The position numbers and the translations under genes are program-made. From positions 2,176,001-2,240,000 of the forward strand of contig OZ244197.1 in the NCBI GenBank assembly GCA_965216785.1: a DNA stretch of 64,000 bases. The letters are read 5' to 3'. Below are positions 28,449 through 39,173 of the stretch, piece after piece; the first letter of the stretch is position 1; the number at the start of each line of letters is the position of its first letter. The DNA is from Thermodesulfobacteriota bacterium (GTDB lineage: Bacteria > Desulfobacterota_D > UBA1144 > Nemesobacterales > UBA2774). The notes beneath the pieces were generated by a model, which saw only the letters and a list, made by a program, of their open reading frames with translations, was not told the DNA's origin and made no database searches.

Positions 28449-28632
28449 TATATTACTAATTGAGAAATATTAACCAAGATGTTTAGCTCTTAAGTATGTA
28501 AGGCGGTTAACATTCATTATATATTCACACTTGCCGGGATAGCGAACTTGCGTATTGCTGATCGGCGGCTGAATGTTGTATATTGGTATTCAGAGCTTTT
28601 ATACCCCTAAAATGTATTCCCGGGAGGATCAG

Positions 28633-30099
28633 ATGCGGTATATAAAAGACCTGAGAGAGTATTTAAAGACGCTAAATGAGCTGGGTGAGCTTCAGGAAAT
28701 TGATGAAGAAGTAGATTGGAGTCTAGAGATCGGGGCTATAATAAGAAGAGCTTATGACCTGCGCGCTCCGGCCCCGCTGTTTAACAAGATAAAAGATATA
28801 GAGAAAGGGTTCAGGGTGCTTGGCGGCTCTGCGGGGTTAAGCAGGCAGGATGGGCTTAAATTCTGCAGAATTGCGACATCGCTTGGATTCAAACCCGAAG
28901 CGGGAGCTAAGGAAATCGTAAATACGCTTGCCGATTCATTTACCGGAAACGGGATTGCTCCGAAAGTGGTTCCTGACGCATTGTGCCAGGAGAATATTAT
29001 GGCGGGAGAGGAAGTAGACTTGATGCGGCTGCCGGCTCCCCTTATACACGGCGGGGACGGCGGGCGTTATTTAAACACGTGGGGAACGATCGTAGTACAG
29101 ACACCGGATAAATCTTGGACTAACTGGTCAATCGCAAGGATTATGCTGCTCGACAGTAAACGTATGACCGGGCTTATACCTCCGCAGCAGCACCTGGGCA
29201 TCATTCACAAGATGTGGAAAGACAAAGGAGAGCCTACGCCGTTTGCGCTCGTTCTGGGCGCGCCGCCCGCAGTGCCGTTTTTCTCCGGGACCCCATTCCC
29301 GACATATGTGAGCGAAGGGGAGGTACTGGGCGCACATTTCGGGGAGCCGGTGGAAGTCGTTCAGTGTAAGAGCGTAGACCTGCAGGTTCCTGCCGGGTCT
29401 GAAATTATTATTGAAGGCACCATCTCGGAGAATGAGACTGCAGAGGAAGGGCCGATGGGTGAGTTCGCCGGGTACATGGGTGAGCACGACACTCCTCAGC
29501 CTGTCTACGACGTGAGCGCTATAACTTACAGGGACGAGCCTATATTGCCGGTAGTAAACGCGGGCGCGCCCGTAGAGGACACGCAGACCTGCTGCGGTAC
29601 TATGTATTCGGCAGCGGTGCTCACCGAGCTGAGAAAGCACGGTTTCCCGGCGGATTCGTGCTTTCTGACATTTGAGAGCGCGGTTCACATGATGGTGGTT
29701 ACGGTGGAGGAGATGGAGCACACGCACGCAAGCGCAAAGAAGCTTGCCCACGAGGCAAAGGAGATTATCTTTAACAGTAAGCCCGGAGTGGATTTCCCTA
29801 AAGTAATGCTGGTCGATAACGATATCGACCCGAGTGATATTACCCAGGTGGTATGGGCGTTTGCTACCAGGGTTCATCCGCAGAACGACGCGCATTTTTT
29901 CGAGCATCAAAAGACACTACCGCTGCTTCATTATTTAAACGCCGCGGAGAAAAAGGACATGAGCAGCACAAAGGTGATATACGACGCGCTGCTTCCATCG
30001 TTCGATAGAACAAAAATATCGAGCTTTGAGTATACATACCCTAAAGAGCTGCAAAACAAAGTTCTCAAAAACTGGGGGAAGTATGGGTACGGGAAATAA
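28633..30099 (+). CDS. UbiD family prFMN-dependent decarboxylase
   Basis: GGAGGA RBS; DGGRY, NWSIAR, EGPMGEFAGY, VD.DIDP....V.WA.ATR. Confidence 0.9.
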   Translation: MRYIKDLREYLKTLNELGELQEIDEEVDWSLEIGAIIRRAYDLRAPAPLFNKIKDIEKGFRVLGGSAGLSRQDGLKFCRIATSLGFKPEAGAKEIVNTLADSFTGNGIAPKVVPDALCQENIMAGEEVDLMRLPAPLIHGGDGGRYLNTWGTIVVQTPDKSWTNWSIARIMLLDSKRMTGLIPPQQHLGIIHKMWKDKGEPTPFALVLGAPPAVPFFSGTPFPTYVSEGEVLGAHFGEPVEVVQCKSVDLQVPAGSEIIIEGTISENETAEEGPMGEFAGYMGEHDTPQPVYDVSAITYRDEPILPVVNAGAPVEDTQTCCGTMYSAAVLTELRKHGFPADSCFLTFESAVHMMVVTVEEMEHTHASAKKLAHEAKEIIFNSKPGVDFPKVMLVDNDIDPSDITQVVWAFATRVHPQNDAHFFEHQKTLPLLHYLNAAEKKDMSSTKVIYDALLPSFDRTKISSFEYTYPKELQNKVLKNWGKYGYGK

Positions 30100-30137
30100 T
30101 TCTTGCGGATGAGACCCCTATTTATTTGATCTGGCGT

Positions 30138-30635
30138 TTAAGCGGCAAGCTTTTTTCTTCTTAATACTATAAAGCCTATTATCCCCAGAACTCCGGCCAA
30201 TGCCATGAGTCCCCAGTGCGAAAGCGCAGGGATGGGCCGCGGAATGCCCTGCCATATTTTTATAGCTGTGTCTGAGGGTATCTCGATTTCAAAATCATCA
30301 TCAGACATTGAGCCAAAGGCGATTATTGAGTCTATACCCGCTGTCTCGCTTGTATAGGTCCAGGTAACCTGGCCGAGCCCGTTTGTTCTGCAGCTGTCGG
30401 GAACACACTGTCCGCTGAAAGGAACGCTCTCTGTGCCTTCGTTAGGTCCTTCAACTACCCTGAAAATTATCAGCTCATTTACTATTGGAGTGCCGTCTTC
30501 CTCCTCGGCAGTGGCTGTAAGCGTATGCGGCTCGCCGAGCATGTTAACCGCGCTATCCGGTTCCAGATCTATGCAGGCGCTGACTGTAAGCAAAATGACA
30601 ATCAGGCTAAAAACCCTGGTTAATTGTAATCTCAT
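30138..30635 (-). CDS. Big-1/Ig-like surface protein with IPTL-CTERM
   Basis: F.V.EGPN.G, TNGLGQVTWTY; tail RPIPALSHWGL-TM-RRKK. Confidence 0.85.
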   Translation of the reverse strand: MRLQLTRVFSLIVILLTVSACIDLEPDSAVNMLGEPHTLTATAEEEDGTPIVNELIIFRVVEGPNEGTESVPFSGQCVPDSCRTNGLGQVTWTYTSETAGIDSIIAFGSMSDDDFEIEIPSDTAIKIWQGIPRPIPALSHWGLMALAGVLGIIGFIVLRRKKLAA

Positions 30636-30767
30636 ATAGTGGAAAATCCTCCTTTATCCTAATAGCCTCAGTTGCCTCTTTGGATAGTTATCATATAACA
30701 ATCCCAAAGGTTGTAAATACCGGTGTTTGGATTAAGAAGGGAGATTGATGAAGTTTGAGGCTATGGA

Positions 30768-31595
30768 TCAGTATGAGTCTTTTACGTTTCTCGGCATACT
30801 GAAGTAGCCCTTTTCTATCTTGGGGTTTATTTCAATCGACGTTACCTTGAATATTTCATTCTGGGGTACGCCTTCCAGCTCGAACTCATAATAATAAGCG
30901 ACCTTTATGTCTCCGGTCTCAATGAAGTCGCCTATGCGCGTAGTTGATTTAATGCTCTTATTTTTTATTGAAGTCGTTCCTACGACCATAAACGGCAGAT
31001 ATGTTTCCTTGTCCAGATAATATGTATCTACCGAGCCGTTACTGAATGTAACTTTGATCTTGTATCCGGTTCTGTCCTCAATCTCTTCTTCTCCCTGATA
31101 CTCAAGATCGATGCCTTTGTCCTTAGAATTTACGAGAGGACCGTCGAAATCGCAGGTATGCTTGAGCTCCTCGGCTCTTTTGCCTTTAAGCTCTGTAGGC
31201 TCTTTCTCTCTGGCTGCTATTCCTTCCTGCCACGGCGTGGTCCCGTCATATGATTCTACAAAATTCATCATATCCGCCTTAAAGTCCAGTCTGCACAAAT
31301 CTGGTCTCTTATATACTACGGTCGTTTTAAAGACAGTTCCGAGTGACTGCATGTTCCCGGAAACTTTAAGACTGTCCATCTGCTCCCAAGCCTCTTTGCC
31401 GCCTATCGCCTTTCTGTAGTTTTGAAGAATTGAGTCTAGTTTTTCGGCGTTCTCGGAATTTTTGCCCTCTTCCGCGCCGCTCTGCGCAATCTCCTGGGGT
31501 GAGCTCTGGGCACGCGCATCGACCGCCGTCCACAGGGAAGCAGTAGTAAAGGCGGTAAGCATTAGAAATAGGGCTGTTTTTAGATATTTGTTCAT
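30768..31595 (-). CDS. LolA-like outer-membrane lipoprotein-sorting family protein
   Basis: Signal peptide; Y.KAIGG..W, YDG..PW, YYLDKETYLP. Confidence 0.7.
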   Translation of the reverse strand: MNKYLKTALFLMLTAFTTASLWTAVDARAQSSPQEIAQSGAEEGKNSENAEKLDSILQNYRKAIGGKEAWEQMDSLKVSGNMQSLGTVFKTTVVYKRPDLCRLDFKADMMNFVESYDGTTPWQEGIAAREKEPTELKGKRAEELKHTCDFDGPLVNSKDKGIDLEYQGEEEIEDRTGYKIKVTFSNGSVDTYYLDKETYLPFMVVGTTSIKNKSIKSTTRIGDFIETGDIKVAYYYEFELEGVPQNEIFKVTSIEINPKIEKGYFSMPRNVKDSY

Positions 31596-31705
31596 TGAGA
31601 GTCGCTCCAGAGAGGAATTATGTGTATAGCTCAGATCAACATTATTTAGATTATAGGATAAAGTGGGAAATACAAGCGAAATTGCAGATCGCTGAAGTAA
31701 AAGAT

Positions 31706-32512
31706 TTAATCCGGTTTTTTGAAAGAAGACTCGCTGATGCGCGGGTTTACCTGGACGGTCTTGAAGATCACCTCTTCTGTGCCCGGTGAGCCTACAATAT
31801 CGAAATCTAGTTTAGAGGGGATTACTAGTTTGCCGATTTTCTTATAGTCAAAATAGGAGGTTGTAACTTTGTGCTCCAATCCGTCGAGCTGATAGACGCC
31901 GTCGAGTCTAAGGGGGAGGAATGTTTTAGAGTCCAGGAAATATGTCTGCACGTTACCCGTTTTGTATGTGATCTTTAATTTGTAGGTTTCATTTCCATAG
32001 AGGGTTTCAGTACCAAGGAGCTCTATTTTATTGCCCTTTTTCTTGTAGTCGATAAGAGGTCCGTCAATGTCGCATGTGTCGCGTAGGTAATTGGTTTTCC
32101 CCGTGCTCATTGGCTGGGGGAGTATTACCTCGCCGTGTGGATTGTGCTGCCAGCCCATTTTACCGTCGAAAGCCTGTATAATGACCGCGTCTTTGACTTT
32201 GTATTCAACCTTGCATTTGTTGGGATGCATGTATGTGGCCCTTATCGGTACCGACTGACCCATGGAGACCATAACACCGCCCATGCTCATTGTTTTTACT
32301 TCTTTCCAATTCTCAAGACCGCCTATGGCTTTGTAATAGTTCTCAAGCACTTGATCGAGGCTGCGCTCCGGCGCGGCGCTCTTTTTGACCGGGGCGCTCT
32401 TGATTTCCTGCTTCTTGGAATCACCCTCCTTCTCTGGGTTCTCTTGTGAGTGCGAGGGCGCGGCTACAGTAAGGATGAGAAGCGCTGTGATTATAAATAG
32501 ATTACGGAACAT
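31706..32512 (-). CDS. LolA-like outer-membrane lipoprotein-sorting family protein (tandem paralog)
   Basis: Same motifs; TCDIDGPL vs TCDFDGPL. Confidence 0.7.
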   Translation of the reverse strand: MFRNLFIITALLILTVAAPSHSQENPEKEGDSKKQEIKSAPVKKSAAPERSLDQVLENYYKAIGGLENWKEVKTMSMGGVMVSMGQSVPIRATYMHPNKCKVEYKVKDAVIIQAFDGKMGWQHNPHGEVILPQPMSTGKTNYLRDTCDIDGPLIDYKKKGNKIELLGTETLYGNETYKLKITYKTGNVQTYFLDSKTFLPLRLDGVYQLDGLEHKVTTSYFDYKKIGKLVIPSKLDFDIVGSPGTEEVIFKTVQVNPRISESSFKKPD

Positions 32513-32586
32513 TTCGGTTGTCTCCTTTGCTTATGTGTAAAGGGAATTAGGTTATAGGAGAAAGATGGCGATTTCAAAGGATTTTT

Positions 32587-32931
32587 TCACTCCCCCAGGC
32601 GACGCAGGTTCTCATAGGCGCGCTCAATATGTAGTTTCCAGGGAGTAAGCTCCGGGTGCGCGTTTACGAGACGCTCGAGCTCTTTGATTTTTTCTTCGTT
32701 CCCCTGTTGGCTCCAGATTCTAGCTCCGAGCTCAATCGAGGGAATTGTATGTATATCGAATTCTCCATAGTTCTTTTTTGTTTCCTCAATGAGAAGCGGA
32801 ACAAATGGGAGGCTCATATCGCAGTACTTGAGCACCATGTCGTCATATCTGTTGCGCACATTCTCTGTGATCATGTTCAGATAGTAGTAGTATTTGTCCA
32901 GGTCCTGCGCGCTGTCTGTTTCCTTGGTCAT
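32587..32931 (-). CDS. hypothetical protein
   Basis: 114-aa ORF co-oriented with neighbours. Confidence 0.5.
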   Translation of the reverse strand: MTKETDSAQDLDKYYYYLNMITENVRNRYDDMVLKYCDMSLPFVPLLIEETKKNYGEFDIHTIPSIELGARIWSQQGNEEKIKELERLVNAHPELTPWKLHIERAYENLRRLGE

Positions 32932-32995
32932 GGGAGATATATAGTACCCAAATATTTTGGTAGGGGGGAATATATATAGGAGTTTGGAGCTGTAT

Positions 32996-33610
32996 TTATT
33001 TTATTCCGGCCTGCCCGCGGGTGAGGTTCATGATTTCGCTCTTGATAAGCTCTGCTATATCTTGCGGGACATCGGCCGTAACACTGACTTGCTCTGTATA
33101 CACCGGATCGTTAAACCCTATGCCGTGTTTTTCGAACAAGTGCCGCAGGGGGCTCTCAAATTGATAGGGAAACTCGATACTAACGCTCAGCATCGGGACG
33201 CGCTCTACGAGCCTCAGCTTGTCGAGCGCAAGCGTGAGGGTGGCTGAGTAGGCTCTGACAAGCCCTCCGGTGCCGAGCTTCGTGCCGCCGTAGTAGCGCG
33301 TGACGACAGCTGCTACGTCGCCGATGGCTTTGTGCTGAAGGATGCTGAGAATGGGTTTTCCGGCACAGCCGCTGACCTCTCCGTCGTCCGAGTAACCTGT
33401 TTCGGAAGAGCCCTCGGGGCTTCCGATAATGAACGCGTAAGTGTTGTGGTGAGCTCCGGGGTGTGAGTCCGATATTTTTTTAATGAAGCTCATGGCCTTG
33501 TCTTTACTCCCCGCGTGAGTCACCGCGGCGATGAAACGGCTCTTGCTGATGAGCTGTTCTGAGGAGGCTGTGCTTGAGGGAATTTGATATGAAGATTTTT
33601 TATCTGTCAA
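32996..33610 (-). CDS. yigZ: YigZ/IMPACT family protein
   Basis: KSRFIA, SDDGE..G.AG.P, VVTRYYGGTKLGTGGLVRAY. Confidence 0.92.
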   Translation of the reverse strand: MTDKKSSYQIPSSTASSEQLISKSRFIAAVTHAGSKDKAMSFIKKISDSHPGAHHNTYAFIIGSPEGSSETGYSDDGEVSGCAGKPILSILQHKAIGDVAAVVTRYYGGTKLGTGGLVRAYSATLTLALDKLRLVERVPMLSVSIEFPYQFESPLRHLFEKHGIGFNDPVYTEQVSVTADVPQDIAELIKSEIMNLTRGQAGIK

Positions 33611-33713
33611 AGTGAATCCCTGGTAACTTGTGTGATTGTTTAGAGAATATGTGATATATAATGTATGGTATTATCACTTTTTTGTAAAAGCTTGTAACGG
33701 AGGATAGCTAATT

Positions 33714-33959
33714 ATGATGAGAATATATAAGGTTCTGGGTATAGCGGCGTTTCTCCTCTCAATCGGATGCGCCGGGCAGCAGGCAGGGGACGACGGGTTT
33801 GACGCCAGTGTGTGCAACAACATTCCGGTGGGAGTTGAGGCGCTCGCCGCGGCTGACCCTGAAGATAAGGCGTTTAAGATAAGCTGCGCCGACTTGGCGA
33901 GGTGTACTGAGCTAAATGCCTGGGACGCGCCGCCGGACGTACCTTGCACAGGGCCGTAA
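33714..33959 (+). CDS. small lipoprotein
   Basis: GGAGGA RBS; lipobox SIGC; four further Cys. Confidence 0.65.
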   Translation: MMRIYKVLGIAAFLLSIGCAGQQAGDDGFDASVCNNIPVGVEALAAADPEDKAFKISCADLARCTELNAWDAPPDVPCTGP

Positions 33960-34025
33960 CTCAAAGGCAATAACTTCAGCGTTAAGTATATTGCGACGTA
34001 TTCAGGATATGTGCTTCTTGGGATC

Positions 34026-35516
34026 CTAATCTGTCTTCTTAAATGTGCCGATGGACTCGGTGATGAATTCCGTCACTTTCCCCTCTGCGTTTATAACAAA
34101 AGTTGTGTCGTCCGGCAGGTTAATGAATATCGGCCATTTGAGATGGAAAGTGTCGTAATTCACGTGGGTGAGAGCGCCACTATACTGCGCAGGGCCCGCC
34201 AGGACGCTAAGGTTTCCTTCCTTGAGCACAACTGTAAACTTGCCGTATACATCGTTTTCGTATGTTCCGGTATAACCCCTTAGGTCCAGACTCGGGGGAT
34301 GGGGGCTTCTGACCTTAGGCTCCGGGTCGAAGCTGAGCATTTCGGCGATCTTTTTAGAGCGCTCTTTAATCTCCGCCTGGATGTCGTAGTCCGATTCGCC
34401 CAGATAGCGTTCGAGCACGTAAGCGCGAACAGCTTCGGGCAGGACTGTTAAGTTCATATTGGCGAGCACCGTAATGCCGAGCTTTAGCTCGGGCACGAGC
34501 ACCGTGACAGATCGCATACCGTCAAGAGCGCCGCCTTTTTCAAGAATCTTATGGTTATTCCAATGATAAATGCCCCAGGCGAGTCCGTAGTCAAAACCTG
34601 ACTCCGCGGATATCGGCGGGAGTTCGGCGAACCCGGGCGTGTCCGCTATGATGGGTGTGAATATCTGCTCTACTGTCTCGGGCAAGAGTATTTGCCTGCC
34701 GAGATACTTACCCTGATCAAGCAGCATGATCATATAGTTCGCCATATCGGAAGCAGTGGACGTCATGGCGCCCGCCGGGGCGAGCACGCCTTGCTTGTTG
34801 TAGGGTATGACGCGGGTCTGCCCCTCTATTATTCCGTGCGGGAACGCTGCGTTTGACTGTCTGTCTATAGTGTCTGTGAATCCGGAGCGGTTCATAGCGA
34901 GCGGGCTTAAAAGGCTCGTGCGCACCAGATTTTCCCATGTTGAGCCAGTTGAATTGGCGGCTGTCTCACCGGCGAGAAAGAACCCGAGGTTTGAGTAATT
35001 GGCCTCGTCCCTGAAACTGCACGCGGGCTCGATGAACCTTATCCTCTTAACTACTTCTTCGCGCGTGTAGCCCAGGTGGTCGAACAGGTCTCCTGTGAAT
35101 GCCGGAAGCCCCGTGCGGTGAGAAAGCAAGTCGCGGGCTGTCGTGTATCTTGTGGGATATGGGTCATGGAGAGCGAAATTCGGTACGATGTTTATAACCT
35201 GCTCTTCAAACTCCATGCTGCCTCTGTCTACCGCGACTCCGACGGAGGCCGCTGTGAATGTTTTCGTAACAGACGCCAGCTGGAATATTGTGTTTGCGTC
35301 AACTTTTTGGCTCGATCCGATCTTTCTTAATCCAAAGCCTTTTAGGTAGACGACGTCGTTGTCCTTTACCACGACGACGGAGGCTCCCGGAACGCCGTAT
35401 TCTTTCATCGCCTGCTCTATGAATGCGTCCAGACCTTTTAGCCTGTTGTCCTGGGAATAGGCGTTAAACGGTAGTGTTATGAATAGAGCACATAATATTA
35501 GTGCGGTTAATCTCAT
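34026..35516 (-). CDS. serine hydrolase (beta-lactamase class C-like) with DUF3471-type C-terminus
   Basis: ASVTK (SxxK), LLSHRTG, YSN, Y.G.Y....YG; start moved to MRLTAL. Confidence 0.88.
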   Translation of the reverse strand: MRLTALILCALFITLPFNAYSQDNRLKGLDAFIEQAMKEYGVPGASVVVVKDNDVVYLKGFGLRKIGSSQKVDANTIFQLASVTKTFTAASVGVAVDRGSMEFEEQVINIVPNFALHDPYPTRYTTARDLLSHRTGLPAFTGDLFDHLGYTREEVVKRIRFIEPACSFRDEANYSNLGFFLAGETAANSTGSTWENLVRTSLLSPLAMNRSGFTDTIDRQSNAAFPHGIIEGQTRVIPYNKQGVLAPAGAMTSTASDMANYMIMLLDQGKYLGRQILLPETVEQIFTPIIADTPGFAELPPISAESGFDYGLAWGIYHWNNHKILEKGGALDGMRSVTVLVPELKLGITVLANMNLTVLPEAVRAYVLERYLGESDYDIQAEIKERSKKIAEMLSFDPEPKVRSPHPPSLDLRGYTGTYENDVYGKFTVVLKEGNLSVLAGPAQYSGALTHVNYDTFHLKWPIFINLPDDTTFVINAEGKVTEFITESIGTFKKTD

Positions 35517-35726
35517 ATTTTCTCTCCTGCCAAGTTTTATATGTAAAGTATATATCTTACAACGATTGGGTGGGCAATTAAATGCGAGCACCGGATCATC
35601 CATATTTAGGGGGGGGATTGCCGTACTCACTTCTTTCTCAAGCAATCAAACAGGGACGAATTTGTGTTAATTTCCACCGGGGTTTGATATAATTGGGGAG
35701 ATACACGAAAACTTGGAGGTTTTGAT

Positions 35727-36167
35727 ATGAAATTCAGGATAATGCTAACGGTGCTGGCGGGCGTATTTACATTTATGGCGGGCTATGCGGTCTGTGGATT
35801 TTCTTACGCGCAAGAGATGAGCTGCTCTGAGATTCTCGCGAATAAGCAGGACTTGAGAGAGCAATATAAGACTGAGAAACACAACGAACGAAAAGCTTTT
35901 AATAACTGGGACAAGTACTATAAAGAGCTGCACTCGATCGAGTACGGCGGCACCGAAAGACCGCTTGCCGACACGGCAAAAGCATGCCGGGAAGGGAACG
36001 GTCCTAACGAGCACTTTTGTAAAGACGCTTTAAAAAGGTACGACGAGCTTGCGGGGAAAGAGGCTGAGGCCAAAAAAGAGCTGGACGCGACAAAGGAAAA
36101 CGCAGAGCAGCTTGGTGATAATATGAGAGCCTTCAGTCAAAAGGCTAAAGAGAAAGGGTGTGAATAG
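35727..36167 (+). CDS. secreted helical hypothetical protein
   Basis: GGAGG RBS; signal peptide; coiled-coil character. Confidence 0.6.
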   Translation: MKFRIMLTVLAGVFTFMAGYAVCGFSYAQEMSCSEILANKQDLREQYKTEKHNERKAFNNWDKYYKELHSIEYGGTERPLADTAKACREGNGPNEHFCKDALKRYDELAGKEAEAKKELDATKENAEQLGDNMRAFSQKAKEKGCE

Positions 36168-36399
36168 CTCTGCCTAAAGTAGGGGCGGCGGTGTGGATTG
36201 CCGCGCTCACCGCGCTTCCTGGGGTGACAAGCTCCGAGCATTTTTAGGAATGCGCGCTTTGTGTTCCGGAGTTTTCTTAAACGCATTAGAAAATGACAGA
36301 ATTAAAGTCTAAGGTACTATTACCATACATTTTCTATTGTCGGAATTATTTTCATCGGATCGGATTGTGGTAAATCCCGAACATACAACGAGATAAACT

Positions 36400-38631
36400 G
36401 TGTCTAGTGTGAAAAGTGACGGTCAGAGGTACTTAGGTCTTTTCGGAGCTATAGGGGTAGGAGTGGGGGCGATAGTCGGGGGAGGAATATTGGCCCTTAC
36501 GGGAGCGGCGTTTGCGGCTACAGGGCCGAGCGCCGTGGTAGCGTTCGCGCTTAATGGGGTGATTGCGTTTCTAACCGTGCTGAGCTTTTCCGAAATGTCC
36601 GCCGCTTTCCCGGAGTCCGGCGGCACTTATGTGTTCTCAAAAAAAGTTCTGTCTATAAAAGCGGCCTTTGGAGTAGGCTGGGTAATCTGGTTCGCCTCTA
36701 TCGTGGCGGCTGTGCTGTATGCTCTGGGCGCGGGGTTCTTCATCGCAAAAGCCGTCAAAAATATCTGGTTCCTGCTCAGCGGGGCCGATGTGCTTTGGAT
36801 TACGAGCGGTTTTGTCGTTACGGTTATCGCGCTGGCGGCGACCTTGATATACACGGTGAGCTTGGTGTTCAAGCAATCGAGCGGCGGGGCATGGGTGAAT
36901 ATCGGTAAGGTGGCCGTATTCGCAATTCTTTTAATAGGCGGTGTGTGGTATCTGTCCAAGCAGCCGGTTGAGGAATTTGAAACTACGTTTACGCCTTTTT
37001 TCGCTTACGGTGGACTCGGGCTTCTTTCGGCGATGGGCTATTCGTTTATCGCCCTTCAGGGGTTTGATCTGATCTCAGCGGTCGCGGGAGAGATAAAAGA
37101 GCCCGCTAAGGTGGTGCCCAGGGCGATGATGATATCGCTCATGATCGCGCTTGCGATATACCTGCCGTTCCTGATTATTATTGCCGTTACCGGATCGATT
37201 GAGGGCGAGTCCATAGCCGAAGCGAGCGCCCGGCTGCCAGAGGCGATAGTGATTTTCGCTGCAGAGAACTATCTTGGCCGCTTCGGGTTTTGGCTCGTTA
37301 TAGCGGCGGGTGTGCTCTCTATGCTGTCCGCCTTATATGTGAACCTGCTTGCCGCCTCGCGCATCGCTCACAGCATGGCGAGGGACAGGACGCTACCGCA
37401 CAGGCTCGGTGAGCTTAATGAAGAGAGGGGCACCCCGGTAAACGCGGTTATAGTCACGGCGATCATCGTGGTGGTGCTGGTGATCGTGATCCCGGACGTT
37501 TCGGCGGCGGGAGCGGCTGCGAGTCTGATCTTCCTTGTTTCTTTCGCGCTCGCGCATTTAATAAGCATATTGCTGCGAAAAAGGAGCGTGAAGAAGCTTC
37601 CTTTTAAGTCTCCGTTGTTTCCTCTGGTGCCTATTGTGGGGATCGTTACTTGCGTCGGTCTTGCGGTGTTTCAGGGCGTAGTGGTGCCGATTGCGGGTGT
37701 GATAGCGCTGCTATGGCTCATTGGGGGCGGTGTGCTTTACTTTATATTGTTCTCTACCAGAGCGCAGGTGGTGGACGCGTCCGCCGAGGGGTACGACCCG
37801 GACCTGGTGAGACTGAGGGGCAGAAGCCCTCTGGTGCTTGTCCCGATCGCAAACCCTTCGAACGCTCGCGCTATGGTGGCGGTCGCAAGCGCCCTTGCCC
37901 CGCCGTTCACGGGACGGGTGCTGCTGCTTTCTGTCGTTAAGTCTCCCGGGGAAACGTCTGAAGGGGTTGATAGATCTGAAATTATAAACGCCGAAAGCGT
38001 GCTTAATGAGGCGCTCGCAGCCTCGTTTGAGATAGATCTGGTACCCGAAGCCCTGACCACCATAGGTAAAGACCCGTGGTCTGAGATCGTGAGGGTATCC
38101 GCGACGCACGGATGCGAGAGCTTACTCCTAGGTCTTACGGATCTTGAGCAAGACGCGGGAGGGGAGCATATCGAGTATGTCATGAACAGGGTCGACTGCG
38201 ACGTGGTCGTGCAGAACACGCCAACAGGGTGGACGATGCAGGAGGCTAAGCGCGTGCTCGTGCCCGTGGGCGGGCGCGGGGGGCAAGGGGAGCTGCTGGC
38301 GCGTCTCTTGGGTAGTATCTGCCGTACCGGAAACCCCGAGATAACATTTTTAAGAATAGTGCCTGAGGCTACCGGGAGTTATGAACTGGAAAGGGTGAGG
38401 GCGTCGCTGAAGCTGTTCGCTGGCGACCAGCTCCCGTACGGGCGGTATAATCTCAAGCTCGAGAAGAGTGATGATGTGGCGGAGGTTATTAAAGAGCACG
38501 CGTTAGAGAGCGATCTGGTAATTCTCGGGCTCAGGAGGCTCGGAAAGCGTAGAAAATCAATCGGCGATCTCGCGCTTCGGTTAGCGCGCGAGCTGGATTG
38601 CCCCCTCTTGATGATAAGCAGGAAGGGGTGA
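36400..38631 (+). CDS. APC amino acid permease fused to universal stress protein domains
   Basis: GAIVGGGI, FP.SGG.Y, GFD.I..VAGEIKEP; C-terminal LVPIAN/LVPVGG USP repeats. Confidence 0.9.
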   Translation: MSSVKSDGQRYLGLFGAIGVGVGAIVGGGILALTGAAFAATGPSAVVAFALNGVIAFLTVLSFSEMSAAFPESGGTYVFSKKVLSIKAAFGVGWVIWFASIVAAVLYALGAGFFIAKAVKNIWFLLSGADVLWITSGFVVTVIALAATLIYTVSLVFKQSSGGAWVNIGKVAVFAILLIGGVWYLSKQPVEEFETTFTPFFAYGGLGLLSAMGYSFIALQGFDLISAVAGEIKEPAKVVPRAMMISLMIALAIYLPFLIIIAVTGSIEGESIAEASARLPEAIVIFAAENYLGRFGFWLVIAAGVLSMLSALYVNLLAASRIAHSMARDRTLPHRLGELNEERGTPVNAVIVTAIIVVVLVIVIPDVSAAGAAASLIFLVSFALAHLISILLRKRSVKKLPFKSPLFPLVPIVGIVTCVGLAVFQGVVVPIAGVIALLWLIGGGVLYFILFSTRAQVVDASAEGYDPDLVRLRGRSPLVLVPIANPSNARAMVAVASALAPPFTGRVLLLSVVKSPGETSEGVDRSEIINAESVLNEALAASFEIDLVPEALTTIGKDPWSEIVRVSATHGCESLLLGLTDLEQDAGGEHIEYVMNRVDCDVVVQNTPTGWTMQEAKRVLVPVGGRGGQGELLARLLGSICRTGNPEITFLRIVPEATGSYELERVRASLKLFAGDQLPYGRYNLKLEKSDDVAEVIKEHALESDLVILGLRRLGKRRKSIGDLALRLARELDCPLLMISRKG

Positions 38632-38743
38632 GTAGTGTAAGAACGGGATTAAACCCCCGGCACTCCAAGCTAATTAGGATAAATATAGTGTTATAATTAT
38701 TTATATCTGATAGCAAAAACGCATATTTATGGGAGGATAGAAG

Positions 38744-39013
38744 ATGTCAATGCCCGCGGATAACCAGCAAAATAACTTTCTTCAAAAGCCGCTTACGATA
38801 GGCGATTGGATATTGACGCTAATAGTGTTGTCAATACCGCTAGTCGGCTTCATTTTTCTTCTTTACTGGGCGCTTAGCAGCACGTCGAACGTTAATAGAA
38901 AGAACTATTGTATCGCGGTGCTCATAATAGGATTAATAATTGCAGCTCTTTTTATAGCGCTTATGTTTTTGGGTGTGTTTGCAAGCTTTATGGGCGAATA
39001 TATGCAGGCGTAA
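38744..39013 (+). CDS. small membrane protein
   Basis: P.TIGDW.LTL....IP.VG.I...WA......NRKN pattern. Confidence 0.7.
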   Translation: MSMPADNQQNNFLQKPLTIGDWILTLIVLSIPLVGFIFLLYWALSSTSNVNRKNYCIAVLIIGLIIAALFIALMFLGVFASFMGEYMQA

Positions 39014-39173
39014 GTATGGGTTACAATATATTCTTAAAGTAATTTATAGGAATGCGGGGTTTCGCCTTTTACTGTATTTCCTGATACTTCCTGGAAAAGA
39101 AACGTAAGTTTCACAATAATCGACTATTTTAAGTTGCCGAATTTCATCCATATGTTAGCCTGAGTGATCTGTT

